Positions 29,937 to 40,456 are shown, numbered from the stretch's first letter. The stretch is 64,000 nt of DNA from Candidatus Altimarinota bacterium (GCA_963677745.1 OY782391.1:192448-256447); one strand, 5' to 3'. Translations and numbers: made by a program. Notes: generated by a model from the letters alone, not told the origin.

Positions 29937-30431
29937 ATGCTTTTTTGGAACAACCACAAACCACCCCGCGGAAAAATCGTCATGGCCTTTGGCACTTTTG
30001 ATCTACTGCATGCCGGTCACGAAAACTTTTTGCGCCAGGCCAGAGAACTGGGCGATTATCTGATCGTGGTGATAGCCCGCGATTATACCGTCCGCAGCGT
30101 CAAAAGCCGGCTTCCCCTGAACCGGGAGAGCACCCGTCTGAAAAACCTCAAAAAAAGCGGCTGGGCCGACAAAGTGGTGCTGGGAAACCGCGACGATAAA
30201 CATAAGATTATCCTCAAACACCGCCCGTCGATACTGGCTTTGGGCTACGACCAGTTTGTCTTTACTCAAACCCTCCAGAAAACCCTGATCGACCACAGTC
30301 TGGATACGGAAATCGTACGCCTGGAAGCGTATTTTCCCCAAACCTACAAATCTTCCCTGATCCGCCAGAATCTGGAAAAAGCTCCCGCCACACTGCCCAT
30401 GGGCATCAAGACTACCGTGCAACCAAATTAA
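29937..30431 (+). CDS. Cytidylyltransferase-fold nucleotidyltransferase (TagD/RibL-like)
   Basis: AFGTFDLLHAGHENFLRQARELGDYLIVVIARD contains the (H/T)xGH motif. The ATG at 29937 is 1 nt after the upstream stop. Confidence 0.7.
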   Translation: MLFWNNHKPPRGKIVMAFGTFDLLHAGHENFLRQARELGDYLIVVIARDYTVRSVKSRLPLNRESTRLKNLKKSGWADKVVLGNRDDKHKIILKHRPSILALGYDQFVFTQTLQKTLIDHSLDTEIVRLEAYFPQTYKSSLIRQNLEKAPATLPMGIKTTVQPN

Positions 30432-30435
30432 ACTC

Positions 30436-31413
30436 ATGTTCAAAACAAAATCCCGCAGCAAAATAAAAATTTACGATCTGAACAGCAACATTTTTGCCGA
30501 GTTCCTGCGGGGAATCCGGCTGGGCTTAACCAATCTCTGGCGCAATCGTCTGCTCAGCCTGGCCACCATCCTGGTCATGGCCATCATGATCTGTATTTTC
30601 AACAGTATCCTGGCCGTAAATTTCATCACCAGACAGGCTCTCAGCAACCTCAATCAGAAAGTTGATATTGTGTTCTATCTGAAAGAAGGCACCGATTATT
30701 ACAACGCCAGTCTGCTGGCAAGCAAAATCAAGCAGCTGCCCGGCGTCAAAAAAGTCGACTACATCTCAAAAGACGAAGCCCTCAATATTATTTCCAAAAC
30801 CTATCCGGAAACAGCCGATTTTCTGACCAAATTCAATCTCAAAAACCCCCTGCCGGCCAGTCTGAGCGTCACCACCGAAAGCGCCGAATATCAGCAGAAC
30901 GTCTATGATTTTCTGGCCTCCAGCCAGCTGCAGCAATATGTGGAAAACAATGACCAGACCAACCGGGCGGACAACCAGGGCATTATTGCCTCCACCGCCA
31001 GTAACCTGATCAGCATCAATAATTTTGTCAAACAACTGATTTTCTGGATAGTATTTATATTTATCATCGGTGGCGCCCTCATCATCATCAACGCCATCCA
31101 GCTGACAATCTTCACCCGCCGCAACGAGATTTTCATCATGAGACTGGTGGGCGCCACCCCCAATTTCATCCGCCTGCCCTTCCTGACCGAAGGCGTCTGT
31201 TACGCCCTGATCTCTGTTACTCTGAGCTTTCTGCTCTTGTATCTGACCGGCCAGGCCCTGGATGTCCAAAGTCTGCAAATCCTGCGCGACCTGTCCAGCC
31301 TCAACCTGTTCAACCTGTTCCTGTTCGAACTGTTACTGTGCGGTCTGCTGGCCCTGATCAGCAGCCTGGCCACCGTGGAAAAATATATCCGGGGCAATCT
31401 CTCCTATAATTAA
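30436..31413 (+). CDS. ftsX: Cell-division permease-like protein FtsX
   Basis: N-terminal TM, a periplasmic loop with KVDYISKDEALN, then three C-terminal TMs (FtsX/MacB topology). No ftsE is adjacent. Confidence 0.75.
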   Translation: MFKTKSRSKIKIYDLNSNIFAEFLRGIRLGLTNLWRNRLLSLATILVMAIMICIFNSILAVNFITRQALSNLNQKVDIVFYLKEGTDYYNASLLASKIKQLPGVKKVDYISKDEALNIISKTYPETADFLTKFNLKNPLPASLSVTTESAEYQQNVYDFLASSQLQQYVENNDQTNRADNQGIIASTASNLISINNFVKQLIFWIVFIFIIGGALIIINAIQLTIFTRRNEIFIMRLVGATPNFIRLPFLTEGVCYALISVTLSFLLLYLTGQALDVQSLQILRDLSSLNLFNLFLFELLLCGLLALISSLATVEKYIRGNLSYN

Positions 31414-31452
31414 CCGTCCGGACAAAATTATCCGGCACCCAAAACAAAAATA

Positions 31453-32187
31453 ATGCGCTATTTCCTGACACGAGCACTCATCCTGAAAAAACAGACCAGC
31501 GGAGAAAACGACTGGTACCTGACTTTGTTCAGCCCCGAATATGGAATGATCCGCGCCCTTTCGCGCGGTTCCCGAAAAATACTCAGCCACAAAGGCCCGC
31601 ACCTCGACACCTTAAACCTCTGCCAGTTCCAGCTCTACAGAAACGGCAACCGGCTGATGATCACCGACTGCAAAGTGGAACAAACCTATCTGGAAATCAA
31701 AAACGATTTCAAAAAGAGCCTGCTGGGATTCACCATCATCGAGCTTTTGCTGCGCACCATCCAGGAAGACTCCCCCAACCCCGAATTGTTTGAGCTGACC
31801 ACGCAAACACTGGACAATCTGGCCGGGGAAAGCAGTGAGCTTCATCTGGAAGAATTTAAAATCAAACTGCTCAAGGAAGCCGGCAGCTGGCCGGACATTT
31901 CATTGTGCTATTTCTGTCAGACCAAATGCCATGACCACCAGCCGTTTTTTTGCGACTGTGAAGGCCGCTTAGCCTGTTCTTCCTGCCTGCACCGCTGCCC
32001 CGAATCAGTCGACGAAATCAATTTTCAGACAATTAAACTGGCCAAATTCCTGGCCGACAAAAACCATTTGCTGGTTAACCTGAAAATCACCCCCCAGGAA
32101 CTGTTCGGTTTGAAAAAACTTACCACCATTTTCCTCCACAACTACCTGCATCACGAAATCAACAGCGAAAAGATGCTCTACTGCTAA
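31453..32187 (+). CDS. recO: DNA repair protein RecO
   Basis: N-terminal OB-fold signature ALILKKQTSGENDWYLTLFSPEYGMIRALSRGSRK. C-terminal Cys cluster CYFC...C..C. Confidence 0.8.
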   Translation: MRYFLTRALILKKQTSGENDWYLTLFSPEYGMIRALSRGSRKILSHKGPHLDTLNLCQFQLYRNGNRLMITDCKVEQTYLEIKNDFKKSLLGFTIIELLLRTIQEDSPNPELFELTTQTLDNLAGESSELHLEEFKIKLLKEAGSWPDISLCYFCQTKCHDHQPFFCDCEGRLACSSCLHRCPESVDEINFQTIKLAKFLADKNHLLVNLKITPQELFGLKKLTTIFLHNYLHHEINSEKMLYC

Positions 32188-34424
32188 ACCCTGGAAACTT
32201 TGGTGATGCCTTCTATCCGGTACAGCGTATTGATAATCTCTTCCAGTTGTTCGTCATCTACAATATCAATCAAAATCCGGCGTTGCAGCAACTTCCCTTC
32301 TTTTTTGGGCAGTGAAAAACTGATAATGGTCACACGCTGGCTGTTCAAAAATTTTACAATTTCCTTCAGATAGCCCTGTTTTTCCTCCAATTCCAGCAGC
32401 AAGGACACCTGATAACGTACTCCTCCGTCCGCCGGTTCCTCGACTTCCAGCCGGGCCTCCAATAAACGTTCTGAAGGTGCATTGGAAACAAAATTACAGT
32501 TTACACGATGAATACTGACTCCTTTGGTCTTGGTGATATATCCCACAATCCGGTCGGACAGACGCGGTTTACAGCAATTGGACATTCGATAGGGCATGTT
32601 TTTTTCTCCGCCGATCAATAGTTTCAGTGTGCCGCCCGACGCCTTGGCTGCCAATTTGGGAACTATTTTCACCCGAGCGGATTGAGGTTTGCCGGCCCTT
32701 TGCGGATTCAAGAGGCTTTCGGCCGATTTACCCATCACATTACGGAAAACCTGGCTGGGAGAAATTACTCCCGCTCCTATCTCTTCCAACAGTTCCTCTC
32801 TTTCCTTCACGGAGAGATTTTTGCCCTTATAGCTCTTTAAAAAAATCATATTTTCATCGAGCTGAGCCATTTTCAGTCGCTCCAGCAGAGCATTCAATTC
32901 TTCACGTCCCTGTTCCAGCAACGAATCTTTGTCGACGCTCCGGAAATAATTCTTGATACGGTTTCTGGCCTGCTTGGTCTTAACGAACTCCATCCAGCTG
33001 AGCTTGGTGTTGACTTTGGGAGTTGTCACCACCTCCACCACATCCCCGTTCTTCATTTCATAATCCAGTGCCACGGCGTTACCGTTGACTTTGGCCATGT
33101 AGTAATGATGTCCGACTTCCGAATGCACCGCAAAAGCAAAATCCAGAGGCGTAGAACCCAATGGAAGCTCCTTGACCAGATTATCCGGCGTCAGAACAAA
33201 TACGCGGTCGTTATAAAGATTCATTTTCAGTTCCGCCGTGCTGATATCAATGGTCTTGAGACTGGTGCGTAAATCATTGAGGGCATTCATCAGACGTTCA
33301 TCCTGCGGCAATTTGTTGCGTTCTTTATACAGCCAGTGGGCCGCATAACCGTGTTCGGCAAACTTATGCATGGCCGATGTTCGAATCTGCAGCTCGGTGG
33401 GTTTTTTGGGATCAGCCGAATTGAGACCGACCAGGGCGGTATGCAGACTTTGATAACCGTTGGATTTGGCATTGGAGACATAATCCTTAAAACGATCGGG
33501 CAAATGTTCATATTCCGAATGAAGAACGCTCAGCATTTTATAAAGTTTCTCGATATCCTCCTGACTGTCTTCTTCCACGTCTTCATCAGATTTCAGGACA
33601 ACTCTCAAAGCGTAGACGTCATAGATCTCATTAAGCGTTCTGGTCTTCTTCTTGAGCTTCTTGTAAATGCTGAACAAATTTTTTAACCGGCCCGACACCT
33701 GCACTTCAAAACCGTTTTTGAGCATTAATGACTCCAGTTCATTTTTGGTTTCCTCGATGGTTTTTCTGGTTTGCCCGAGATACTCCTCCATCTCTTTTTT
33801 CAGGGCTTCATATTCCTCCGGAAAGACATATTTAAACGCCATATCCTCCAGCTGCAGTTTGAATTCATAAAGACCCAGTTTGGAGGCAATAGGGACATAA
33901 ACGTCCAGAATTTCCCTGGCATTGGCCTTCTGCTTTTCCTGCGTCTTGAACTGCAGTGTTTCCAGATTTTCAATGCGGTCGGCCAGACGGATCAGAATCA
34001 CCCGGATATCTTCGGCCAGCGTCAAAAACATATTGCTGATAACCTTGGTGTCGGAAGAAGAGTAACGTGATTTAATGGAATTGATCTTGCCCAGAGCCGA
34101 AACCAGCCGGCAAACCTCGGCTCCAAACAGCTCTTCGATTTTCTTCAGATCGCAGCGCGGTGAATAGCAGGCGCTGATCAATATGGAAGCAATAATAGTG
34201 GCCCGGTCGGGATTCAGCCGCAGGATTTTTTCACAGGTCAATCGTAAAGCACGCTGATAATAGGATTCTCCCGAATAGCGGTAAAGCGATTTATAAAGAT
34301 ACCCGGCGTGTTCCAAAGCTTTATCCAAAATTTCCCTGTCCTTGCCGGGGAAATAAGGCGCCAGCTGATCGATGTATTGCTGTTCGAAAAGCATTGTATA
34401 GATTATTTCTGGGATACTATACAA
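32184..34424 (-). CDS. Bifunctional (p)ppGpp synthetase/hydrolase (RelA/SpoT homologue)
   Basis: HD-domain N-terminus. Synthetase motifs YDVYALRVVL and GYQSLHTAL. TGS segment VFVLTPDNLVKELPLGSTPLDFAFAVHSEVG. ACT-like C-terminus. Confidence 0.9.
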   Translation of the reverse strand: MYSIPEIIYTMLFEQQYIDQLAPYFPGKDREILDKALEHAGYLYKSLYRYSGESYYQRALRLTCEKILRLNPDRATIIASILISACYSPRCDLKKIEELFGAEVCRLVSALGKINSIKSRYSSSDTKVISNMFLTLAEDIRVILIRLADRIENLETLQFKTQEKQKANAREILDVYVPIASKLGLYEFKLQLEDMAFKYVFPEEYEALKKEMEEYLGQTRKTIEETKNELESLMLKNGFEVQVSGRLKNLFSIYKKLKKKTRTLNEIYDVYALRVVLKSDEDVEEDSQEDIEKLYKMLSVLHSEYEHLPDRFKDYVSNAKSNGYQSLHTALVGLNSADPKKPTELQIRTSAMHKFAEHGYAAHWLYKERNKLPQDERLMNALNDLRTSLKTIDISTAELKMNLYNDRVFVLTPDNLVKELPLGSTPLDFAFAVHSEVGHHYYMAKVNGNAVALDYEMKNGDVVEVVTTPKVNTKLSWMEFVKTKQARNRIKNYFRSVDKDSLLEQGREELNALLERLKMAQLDENMIFLKSYKGKNLSVKEREELLEEIGAGVISPSQVFRNVMGKSAESLLNPQRAGKPQSARVKIVPKLAAKASGGTLKLLIGGEKNMPYRMSNCCKPRLSDRIVGYITKTKGVSIHRVNCNFVSNAPSERLLEARLEVEEPADGGVRYQVSLLLELEEKQGYLKEIVKFLNSQRVTIISFSLPKKEGKLLQRRILIDIVDDEQLEEIINTLYRIEGITKVSRV

Positions 34425-34472
34425 CCTTTCACATATTTATGGAAGAGTAGTCGGAATAGACCGTATCGGGTG

Positions 34473-36395
34473 TTATTTGACCAGATTCAGATCAACTCCC
34501 GGCGTTTCCACGACCGTCACTCCGGAGATCAAAGCCTGTTTGTTTTTCTCGATGGCGTCCAGTCTGATTTTCATAGTAATTAAATCGGCTTCATAATAAC
34601 CTGCCAGCTTGGAGAGGGCCGCCAGTTTTGCTTTCAGTTCAGTCTGTTTCTGAGTGACCTCCACAAACTTTCCCAGCAGTGTCTGGGCTTTTTCCGCTTC
34701 GGTTTCATCCAGAGAAGCAAAAAAGTCCGTTTCATAGCGATCTTTATCGGGATTGATGCTGTTTACCGAAATCTTCAGGTCATCCACCTGCGTATTGATT
34801 TCCTTGCGCAGCTTGTTGCCCTCCGTAAAAATCACATTGGCGTCCTTCAAAAACGTTTCCAAAGCCTGATCACGATCGGTCTTGCCTCTCAGTACGTCCT
34901 GAATCCGCACCTGATTGGCATAACGGATCTTGGCCAGATAATTCACATAATAGATAAACCGGTTTTTGACATAGTCGGATTCCTTTCCAAAACCATAATA
35001 AATCGCAGCCGTGATGCCAGTCTCCCCGTAAAACACCGGATCGCGGAGTTTGCCGAAATAAGCGGCGTTAAAAAACACGTTATAAGCTACGTCACGGAGA
35101 TCCCCGCCGTTTCTGCCAAAATAAACCGCCGTCTGAAAACCCCATTTTTCCACCATTTCCTGATCCTGCACAACTTTGGCGTTATCGCCTTTCACCAGTT
35201 CCAGACCGGAGGGCGCAGCTTTAAACCAGCTGTTAACATAATCCATCAAGCGCAGGGAAGATCCTAACCAAAAAGCCCCCGCCACCAAAGCGGCCAAAAT
35301 GGCCAGTTTGATTAAAAATTTAAAAAACCTGGAGATCAGACCGGGGCCGGTATTGCCGGTTGCTTCCGCCATAGTCACCTGGGGCTGTTCCTGCATCTTC
35401 GGCTTGGCCAACGACGATTCGTTTTTTTGAAATTTTTCGACATCTCTGCCGTGAACCAGTCTTTCCAAAACATTAAATAATCTACCCAATATCCCCTGTT
35501 TCGGCGGCAACTCTTCCAAAACTACCGTGTCTTCCTGAATCAGGCTTTCCGACAATTTCTTGGCTTCATCCAGACTGGCCTGCCTTTTGGCATTTTCCTC
35601 CTCCAGTGTTTGCTGATGCTCGGCCGGGGTCACCACTTCCGCCACCACAGTCCGGGATTCATTTGAAGTGTCCGGCTCTTCAGTTGCCGGTTCTTCTTTT
35701 GCCGACGCTTCTTTTGTTTCCTCTGTTCTGTCCGGCTCTTGAACAACGCCCTCCTCGAAAATCTTCTGGGATTGATCAAGATCGGCGGAAAACGAAGGTT
35801 CGGGAGCGGGAGGTGATGGCTCGGGAACAGGAGGTAACGGTTCGGGAACGGGAGGCGAAGGTTCTGGAACCGGTGGAACTTCCGGCGGAACTTGCGGAAG
35901 AGGTTGAGTGACCGGTTGAGGAACTGATTTCGGTTTTGTAATCGGGACGGCAGATGGCATCTGCGCTTCAACCATTTCCGTAGGCGTCTCCATGACAGGA
36001 GCAATCGGAGCTACGGGTGCCAGCGGAAGCTCCGGCTCTACCGGCGCGGGTTCGACGGTAACTCTGGGAACTTTAATGTCTTTTAAGGGTTCAACGGTGG
36101 TCGTATCGGTCAACTCCTTGGCAGAAACATCGCGCGGGGCTTTAACCCCCTCCAGCCCGGCCTGCTTTGACGGTAAAACCAGCGGAACATCCTGGCCTGG
36201 GACTGCACCCGTTTTTTTCTTTCTGCGGCGCCGCCGCTTTTTGGGAGGTACGGCGGAAACAGGTCCGGCGGACGGCACTTTCGGGGAGGAAACAGGCGCG
36301 GCGGCGCCGGGCTGCCCGGAGGCTCCCGACTGATTGGAATTTCCTGCCTGATTTTGTTTATTTTGTTCGTCAGTCATAAATTGCCGGTTTCTCAT
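34473..36395 (-). CDS. Hypothetical membrane protein with a Pro-rich repetitive N-terminal half
   Basis: 640 aa with a basic cluster KKRRRRRKKK, a Pro-rich region, one TM (LIKLAILAALVAGAFWLG) and a C-terminal globular/coiled domain. Confidence 0.7.
   Translation of the reverse strand: MRNRQFMTDEQNKQNQAGNSNQSGASGQPGAAAPVSSPKVPSAGPVSAVPPKKRRRRRKKKTGAVPGQDVPLVLPSKQAGLEGVKAPRDVSAKELTDTTTVEPLKDIKVPRVTVEPAPVEPELPLAPVAPIAPVMETPTEMVEAQMPSAVPITKPKSVPQPVTQPLPQVPPEVPPVPEPSPPVPEPLPPVPEPSPPAPEPSFSADLDQSQKIFEEGVVQEPDRTEETKEASAKEEPATEEPDTSNESRTVVAEVVTPAEHQQTLEEENAKRQASLDEAKKLSESLIQEDTVVLEELPPKQGILGRLFNVLERLVHGRDVEKFQKNESSLAKPKMQEQPQVTMAEATGNTGPGLISRFFKFLIKLAILAALVAGAFWLGSSLRLMDYVNSWFKAAPSGLELVKGDNAKVVQDQEMVEKWGFQTAVYFGRNGGDLRDVAYNVFFNAAYFGKLRDPVFYGETGITAAIYYGFGKESDYVKNRFIYYVNYLAKIRYANQVRIQDVLRGKTDRDQALETFLKDANVIFTEGNKLRKEINTQVDDLKISVNSINPDKDRYETDFFASLDETEAEKAQTLLGKFVEVTQKQTELKAKLAALSKLAGYYEADLITMKIRLDAIEKNKQALISGVTVVETPGVDLNLVK
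35793..35876 (-). repeat. In-frame tandem repeat, 4 x 21 nt (PPVPEPS heptapeptide)
   Basis: PPVPEPS-PPVPEPL-PPVPEPS-PPAPEPS read directly from the ORF. The nucleotide units are GGTTCGGGA(A/G)C(A/G)GGAGG-like. Confidence 0.8.
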
Positions 36396-36640
36396 TATTA
36401 TAACACATTTTCACCTTTATTTTAAAACACTATAACTGCTATTATTATGCATAATAAAAACAAAAAACGACAATCATGACCGGAAACAAAAATAAGGGTT
36501 CATCTGTCAGTATCAAACAGTCCACAAAAAAGCCGAGCATAAGCCCTGAAATCATTTCAAAGTCCTGCCCGGCACTATCTTACGACACAATTTCGCAATA
36601 CTGTCAAAGTTTAGAAGCCCTGCTTAATTAATCCGGACAA

Positions 36641-37327
36641 TTACTCCTTTTTCTCGGATTTAGCCTCTCCATCCTTGGCTTTTTCGGCTTCGCCACCCTC
36701 GGCTGCGGCACCTTCGGCACCGGCTACCGGTTCGGCTTTCATCTCTTCAGGTACTTCCACTACTTCTTCCTTGTATTCTTCAGCGGCATTTACGGCAACC
36801 ACCGGACTTTCGGGATCATCCAATACCTCCACTTTGTCTCCCAGATTAAGATCTTTTACATAGACAGTATCTCCGATGTTTTCCAGCTTGGAAACATCAA
36901 CGGTAATCTCATGCGGAATATCCATCGGCAAACATTCAACTTCAATTTCCTGTTTAACCATGGTGATAATGGCATTGAAATTCTTGACGGCTGGGGACAC
37001 ACCTGTAACCTCCACCGGAACGGTAGCGGTAACCTTTTTCTTCATGTCTATCTGCAGAAAGTCAATATGATCAAAACGGTCGGTCAGCGGGTTATAGGAA
37101 AGTTCATGGATCAAAACCGGTACTTTCTCTCCGTTAATATTGAGATTAAATACCTGCGTGCTGCCGGTTTCCTTGTAGAGTTTTCTAAAGTTCTGATACT
37201 CCACCGAAACGGTGTGATTTTTGAATCCTCTTCCATAGCATATAGCCGGAATTAAACCCTGTTTGCGGACCAGATTGGCCTTGATTTTCGCGTCGCGAAT
37301 TTGGGCATCTAACACAAGAAGTTCCAT
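36641..37327 (-). CDS. rplY: 50S ribosomal protein L25 (Ctc form) with an acidic/Ala-rich tail
   Basis: GLIPAICYG, HELSYNPLTDRFDHIDF, and a two-domain Ctc-type length (228 aa). Confidence 0.9.
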   Translation of the reverse strand: MELLVLDAQIRDAKIKANLVRKQGLIPAICYGRGFKNHTVSVEYQNFRKLYKETGSTQVFNLNINGEKVPVLIHELSYNPLTDRFDHIDFLQIDMKKKVTATVPVEVTGVSPAVKNFNAIITMVKQEIEVECLPMDIPHEITVDVSKLENIGDTVYVKDLNLGDKVEVLDDPESPVVAVNAAEEYKEEVVEVPEEMKAEPVAGAEGAAAEGGEAEKAKDGEAKSEKKE

Positions 37328-37459
37328 GGTTTTCCAAGTTACAGTTAAAATAACGGCCAGAGTTTAGCCGAAAAAAAACAACTCTGCAACAGATTTTATT
37401 GACGCCATAAGCTCCACTCTTCTAATATACTTGAGCAAAATAAATAACCCCCCTTCCCC

Positions 37460-37729
37460 ATGATGGATAAGATGAAAGAATTGATGGCTCTGCAGAAAAA
37501 AGCCCAGGCCATTCAGGACAAGCTGGGTAATACCCATATCGAGGCGGATGAAGGACCTTTCACAGTAATTATCAGCGGCAAACAAATCTGCATCGACGCA
37601 CTGGAAAACGGAAAATCCATGCCGCAACTGGTCAAAGCCCTCAATAAAGCACTTAAAAAATCCCAGGACATCGCCGCCCATGAAATGAAAGATGTAATGG
37701 GCCAGCTGGGATTACCGGGAGTCAGTTAA
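37460..37729 (+). CDS. YbaB/EbfC-like nucleoid-associated protein
   Basis: 89 aa. MKELMALQKKAQAIQDKL ... FTVIISGKQICIDALE matches the YbaB pattern. Confidence 0.65.
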   Translation: MMDKMKELMALQKKAQAIQDKLGNTHIEADEGPFTVIISGKQICIDALENGKSMPQLVKALNKALKKSQDIAAHEMKDVMGQLGLPGVS

Positions 37730-37740
37730 ACAAAACAACC

Positions 37741-38778
37741 ATGATTCATCGTCGAAGACACCGCAAGGCAAACAGGAACTGGCCGAAGTTATTGGCAGTA
37801 TTGGTGATTGCAGCAGTTCTTTTTCTTGGCTACAAATTCCAACAGTTTAATTATTTCATCTCCACTCCGGTCGATGCCGGCAACAATGAGGAAATTATTT
37901 TTACCATTAAAAAAGGTGAAAATATCAAGACTGTGGCCGCCAACCTGTATGAAAAAAAGCTGATTCTGGACCTGGACAGTTTTATCTGGTACGGCAAATT
38001 GAACAATCTGGACACTTCGGTAAAAAGCGGCCGTTTCGGCCTGAATCAAACAGAAAACAGCAAGGAAATTTATCAGATCATCACCTCCAACGAAAACCGC
38101 CAGGCTGTGGTAACCATTCCGGAGGGCTCGACCATACAGGATATCGACCAGATTTTGGCCAATCTGGAATTGGGCAAAAGCGGTGATTTCATTCAGGCGG
38201 TTAAAGATTTTGACAATTATTCAAAATACCCTTTTCTGAATAAGGAAAAACAAATGGGGTTGGTTCATCCGCTGGAGGGTTATCTCTTCCCGGACACTTA
38301 TTATGTTTCCGCCTCCAGTTTTTCCGAAGTTGAATTTATCAGTATGCTGCTGAACACCTTTTCCAAAAAAGCCCTGCCGGTAATCCAACAGTCCGGACGT
38401 CCCACGGAAGAAGTGGTCAATGTGGCTGCCATGGTGGAAAAAGAAGCCAACCGCGATCAGGACCGGCCGATTGTGGCGGGTATTATCTGGAAAAGACTGG
38501 ACGGCGGCTGGATGCTGGGCATAGACGCCACACTGCTCTACCTGAAAAACGACCGTGAGATTGACTATCAGGATTTGCAGGAAAACACCCCTTATAACAC
38601 CCGTAATCAAAAAGGACTGCCACCCGGACCCATTGCCAACCCCGGTCTGGCCAGCATCCAGGCCGCCGCCAACCCCTCCGACACTCCCTATTATTATTAT
38701 CTCACGTCCAAAGACGGAGTGATGGTCTACGCCGAAACCGATGCCGAGCATGTCAGCAATAAAAACCGTTACCTCTAA
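37741..38778 (+). CDS. mltG: Endolytic murein transglycosylase MltG (YceG family)
   Basis: N-terminal TM, LysM-like segment, NTRNQKGLPPGPIANPG, YYYYLTSKDG. Confidence 0.9.
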   Translation: MIHRRRHRKANRNWPKLLAVLVIAAVLFLGYKFQQFNYFISTPVDAGNNEEIIFTIKKGENIKTVAANLYEKKLILDLDSFIWYGKLNNLDTSVKSGRFGLNQTENSKEIYQIITSNENRQAVVTIPEGSTIQDIDQILANLELGKSGDFIQAVKDFDNYSKYPFLNKEKQMGLVHPLEGYLFPDTYYVSASSFSEVEFISMLLNTFSKKALPVIQQSGRPTEEVVNVAAMVEKEANRDQDRPIVAGIIWKRLDGGWMLGIDATLLYLKNDREIDYQDLQENTPYNTRNQKGLPPGPIANPGLASIQAAANPSDTPYYYYLTSKDGVMVYAETDAEHVSNKNRYL

Positions 38779-38809
38779 TCATCGCCAGCCGGATATCAGA
38801 GCTTTGCTC

Positions 38810-40456
38810 TTAGGAATTGAGCGGCTTTTCCGGTGAAGTAACCGTGACCGGAGCAGTGATGGTGGCGGGAGCGGAAGTAGTTTCAGTGCCGGCCGTTGTT
38901 GTAGCAGTGGTGGTAGTGGCAGGAGCAGTTGTGGGAGTCGCGGCAACCGCCGGAGCTTCATAATTGATCTTCACCGTCAGTATCGGCGATTTCTTGCCGT
39001 CTTCCGTCACTCCATAGACCTGATAACTGTTCAGACCGGGCTTGAGATTGCCGTAACTGACCTTGATATTGTAAGTCCAGGTGGTGTCTCCGGTCTGGAA
39101 TTTGCCAAGTTTAAAATCGTCAACCCACATAGCATCGGCGCCCCTGACGGTGCCGGTAATGGCAAAACCGTCTTTCTTTACCACCATTCCTTCTTTGTAG
39201 GTGACTCCGTCAACTTTGGTGATAACCGGTTTTTCGATGGAAGTACTTTCGGTTCCGGCAATATCGTTGACCAGATCGGGCTCGGATTTTTGATATTCTA
39301 TTTCCACTTTCAGAGCATCAGTCTGTTTGGCGTTCTCGTCTATACCGACAAATTCATAAACGTTTTTTCCCGCCTTCAGATTGCCTTTCACCTCCGAAAC
39401 GTCATAAGTCCAGGTAAGAGCCTCCGGATCCATGGTATTGACCAGAATTTTCATTGGTTTCTCATCTCCGGCCAGCAGCTGCATCAAAAGCAGTTTTTTT
39501 GTGCCCTCGGCTACTTTTCCGCTCAAAGACTGGGTATCCTTCATGGTTACCACGGTAGTGCTCTTCGGGGAAACCAGCGTCGGAGCAGCCAGATCACTGG
39601 TACCGGTAGCAATGGCGGTATCCGCGGCGCTTTCCGAACCGTCCTGCATAGTCAGATCGGGAGTGGCTTCGCCGTCAGTAATCACTCCGCTGCCGGGATA
39701 TTTGGAAAAGTCAGTGGGGTTTTCATCTTCTTTGATGTTCCAGAGATACCAGTCGGTGGTCTGGAAAACAGGATCCAGAACTCCCAAAACCGACGGGGAT
39801 TTGCGGTCATAATATTCCTTCATCACACTTTCGTTGAGCGTAATCTGTTGTCCGATCCCCACGGGAATCGACTCGATACTTCTGGTTTTTCCTTCCACCT
39901 GCTCAATAATATCAACCTGAACCTGTCCTTTGATTACACGCAAAATCTCATCACTGTTTTTTTCCAGATCGAAAATCGTCCCGGTGATGGCGTAAGAAGC
40001 GTAATTGGTATTGATGACAAAATCGGTCTTGCGGATAACGTTCTGTTTTGGCTTATTGGTCCAGATTGTACCCGAATTCAAATAAATCAGAATTTCCTGA
40101 TAATCACTTTTCTTGCTGATATCCACCAGTGTGATCTGCGTATCCGAATCCATGCGCAACTCGGTACCATCATAAAATTTCAGGACGCCCCGGGCATTAC
40201 GCAAAGTTTTAACCGAATCCCCCAGTTTGATCTTGGAACCGTTATAGACATTTTCCCACTCGGAAGTACCGAAACTGAGCACCTTGGAACGGCCTTCGGC
40301 CAGGTAATAAATGGCATCGCCTTTCGAGCTGCCGAAAAAGGTTCCCCATAATTGGAAAGCCAGGATTGCAAAAACACCCAAACTGACCAGCACTACAAAA
40401 GGCAATAAATACTGGGATCTGGTGCGTCTGCGGAATCTACGCATATACACAGTCAC
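38810..40456 (-). CDS. Hypothetical membrane-anchored protein with a FecR-like domain and a Pro/Thr/Ala-rich C-terminal tail
   Basis: N-terminal TM. FecR-like GDSVKTLRNARGVLKFYDGTELRMDSDTQITL. Ig-like beta-rich middle. Tail APAVAATPTTAPATTTTATTTAGTETT. Confidence 0.65.
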   Translation of the reverse strand: MTVYMRRFRRRTRSQYLLPFVVLVSLGVFAILAFQLWGTFFGSSKGDAIYYLAEGRSKVLSFGTSEWENVYNGSKIKLGDSVKTLRNARGVLKFYDGTELRMDSDTQITLVDISKKSDYQEILIYLNSGTIWTNKPKQNVIRKTDFVINTNYASYAITGTIFDLEKNSDEILRVIKGQVQVDIIEQVEGKTRSIESIPVGIGQQITLNESVMKEYYDRKSPSVLGVLDPVFQTTDWYLWNIKEDENPTDFSKYPGSGVITDGEATPDLTMQDGSESAADTAIATGTSDLAAPTLVSPKSTTVVTMKDTQSLSGKVAEGTKKLLLMQLLAGDEKPMKILVNTMDPEALTWTYDVSEVKGNLKAGKNVYEFVGIDENAKQTDALKVEIEYQKSEPDLVNDIAGTESTSIEKPVITKVDGVTYKEGMVVKKDGFAITGTVRGADAMWVDDFKLGKFQTGDTTWTYNIKVSYGNLKPGLNSYQVYGVTEDGKKSPILTVKINYEAPAVAATPTTAPATTTTATTTAGTETTSAPATITAPVTVTSPEKPLNS

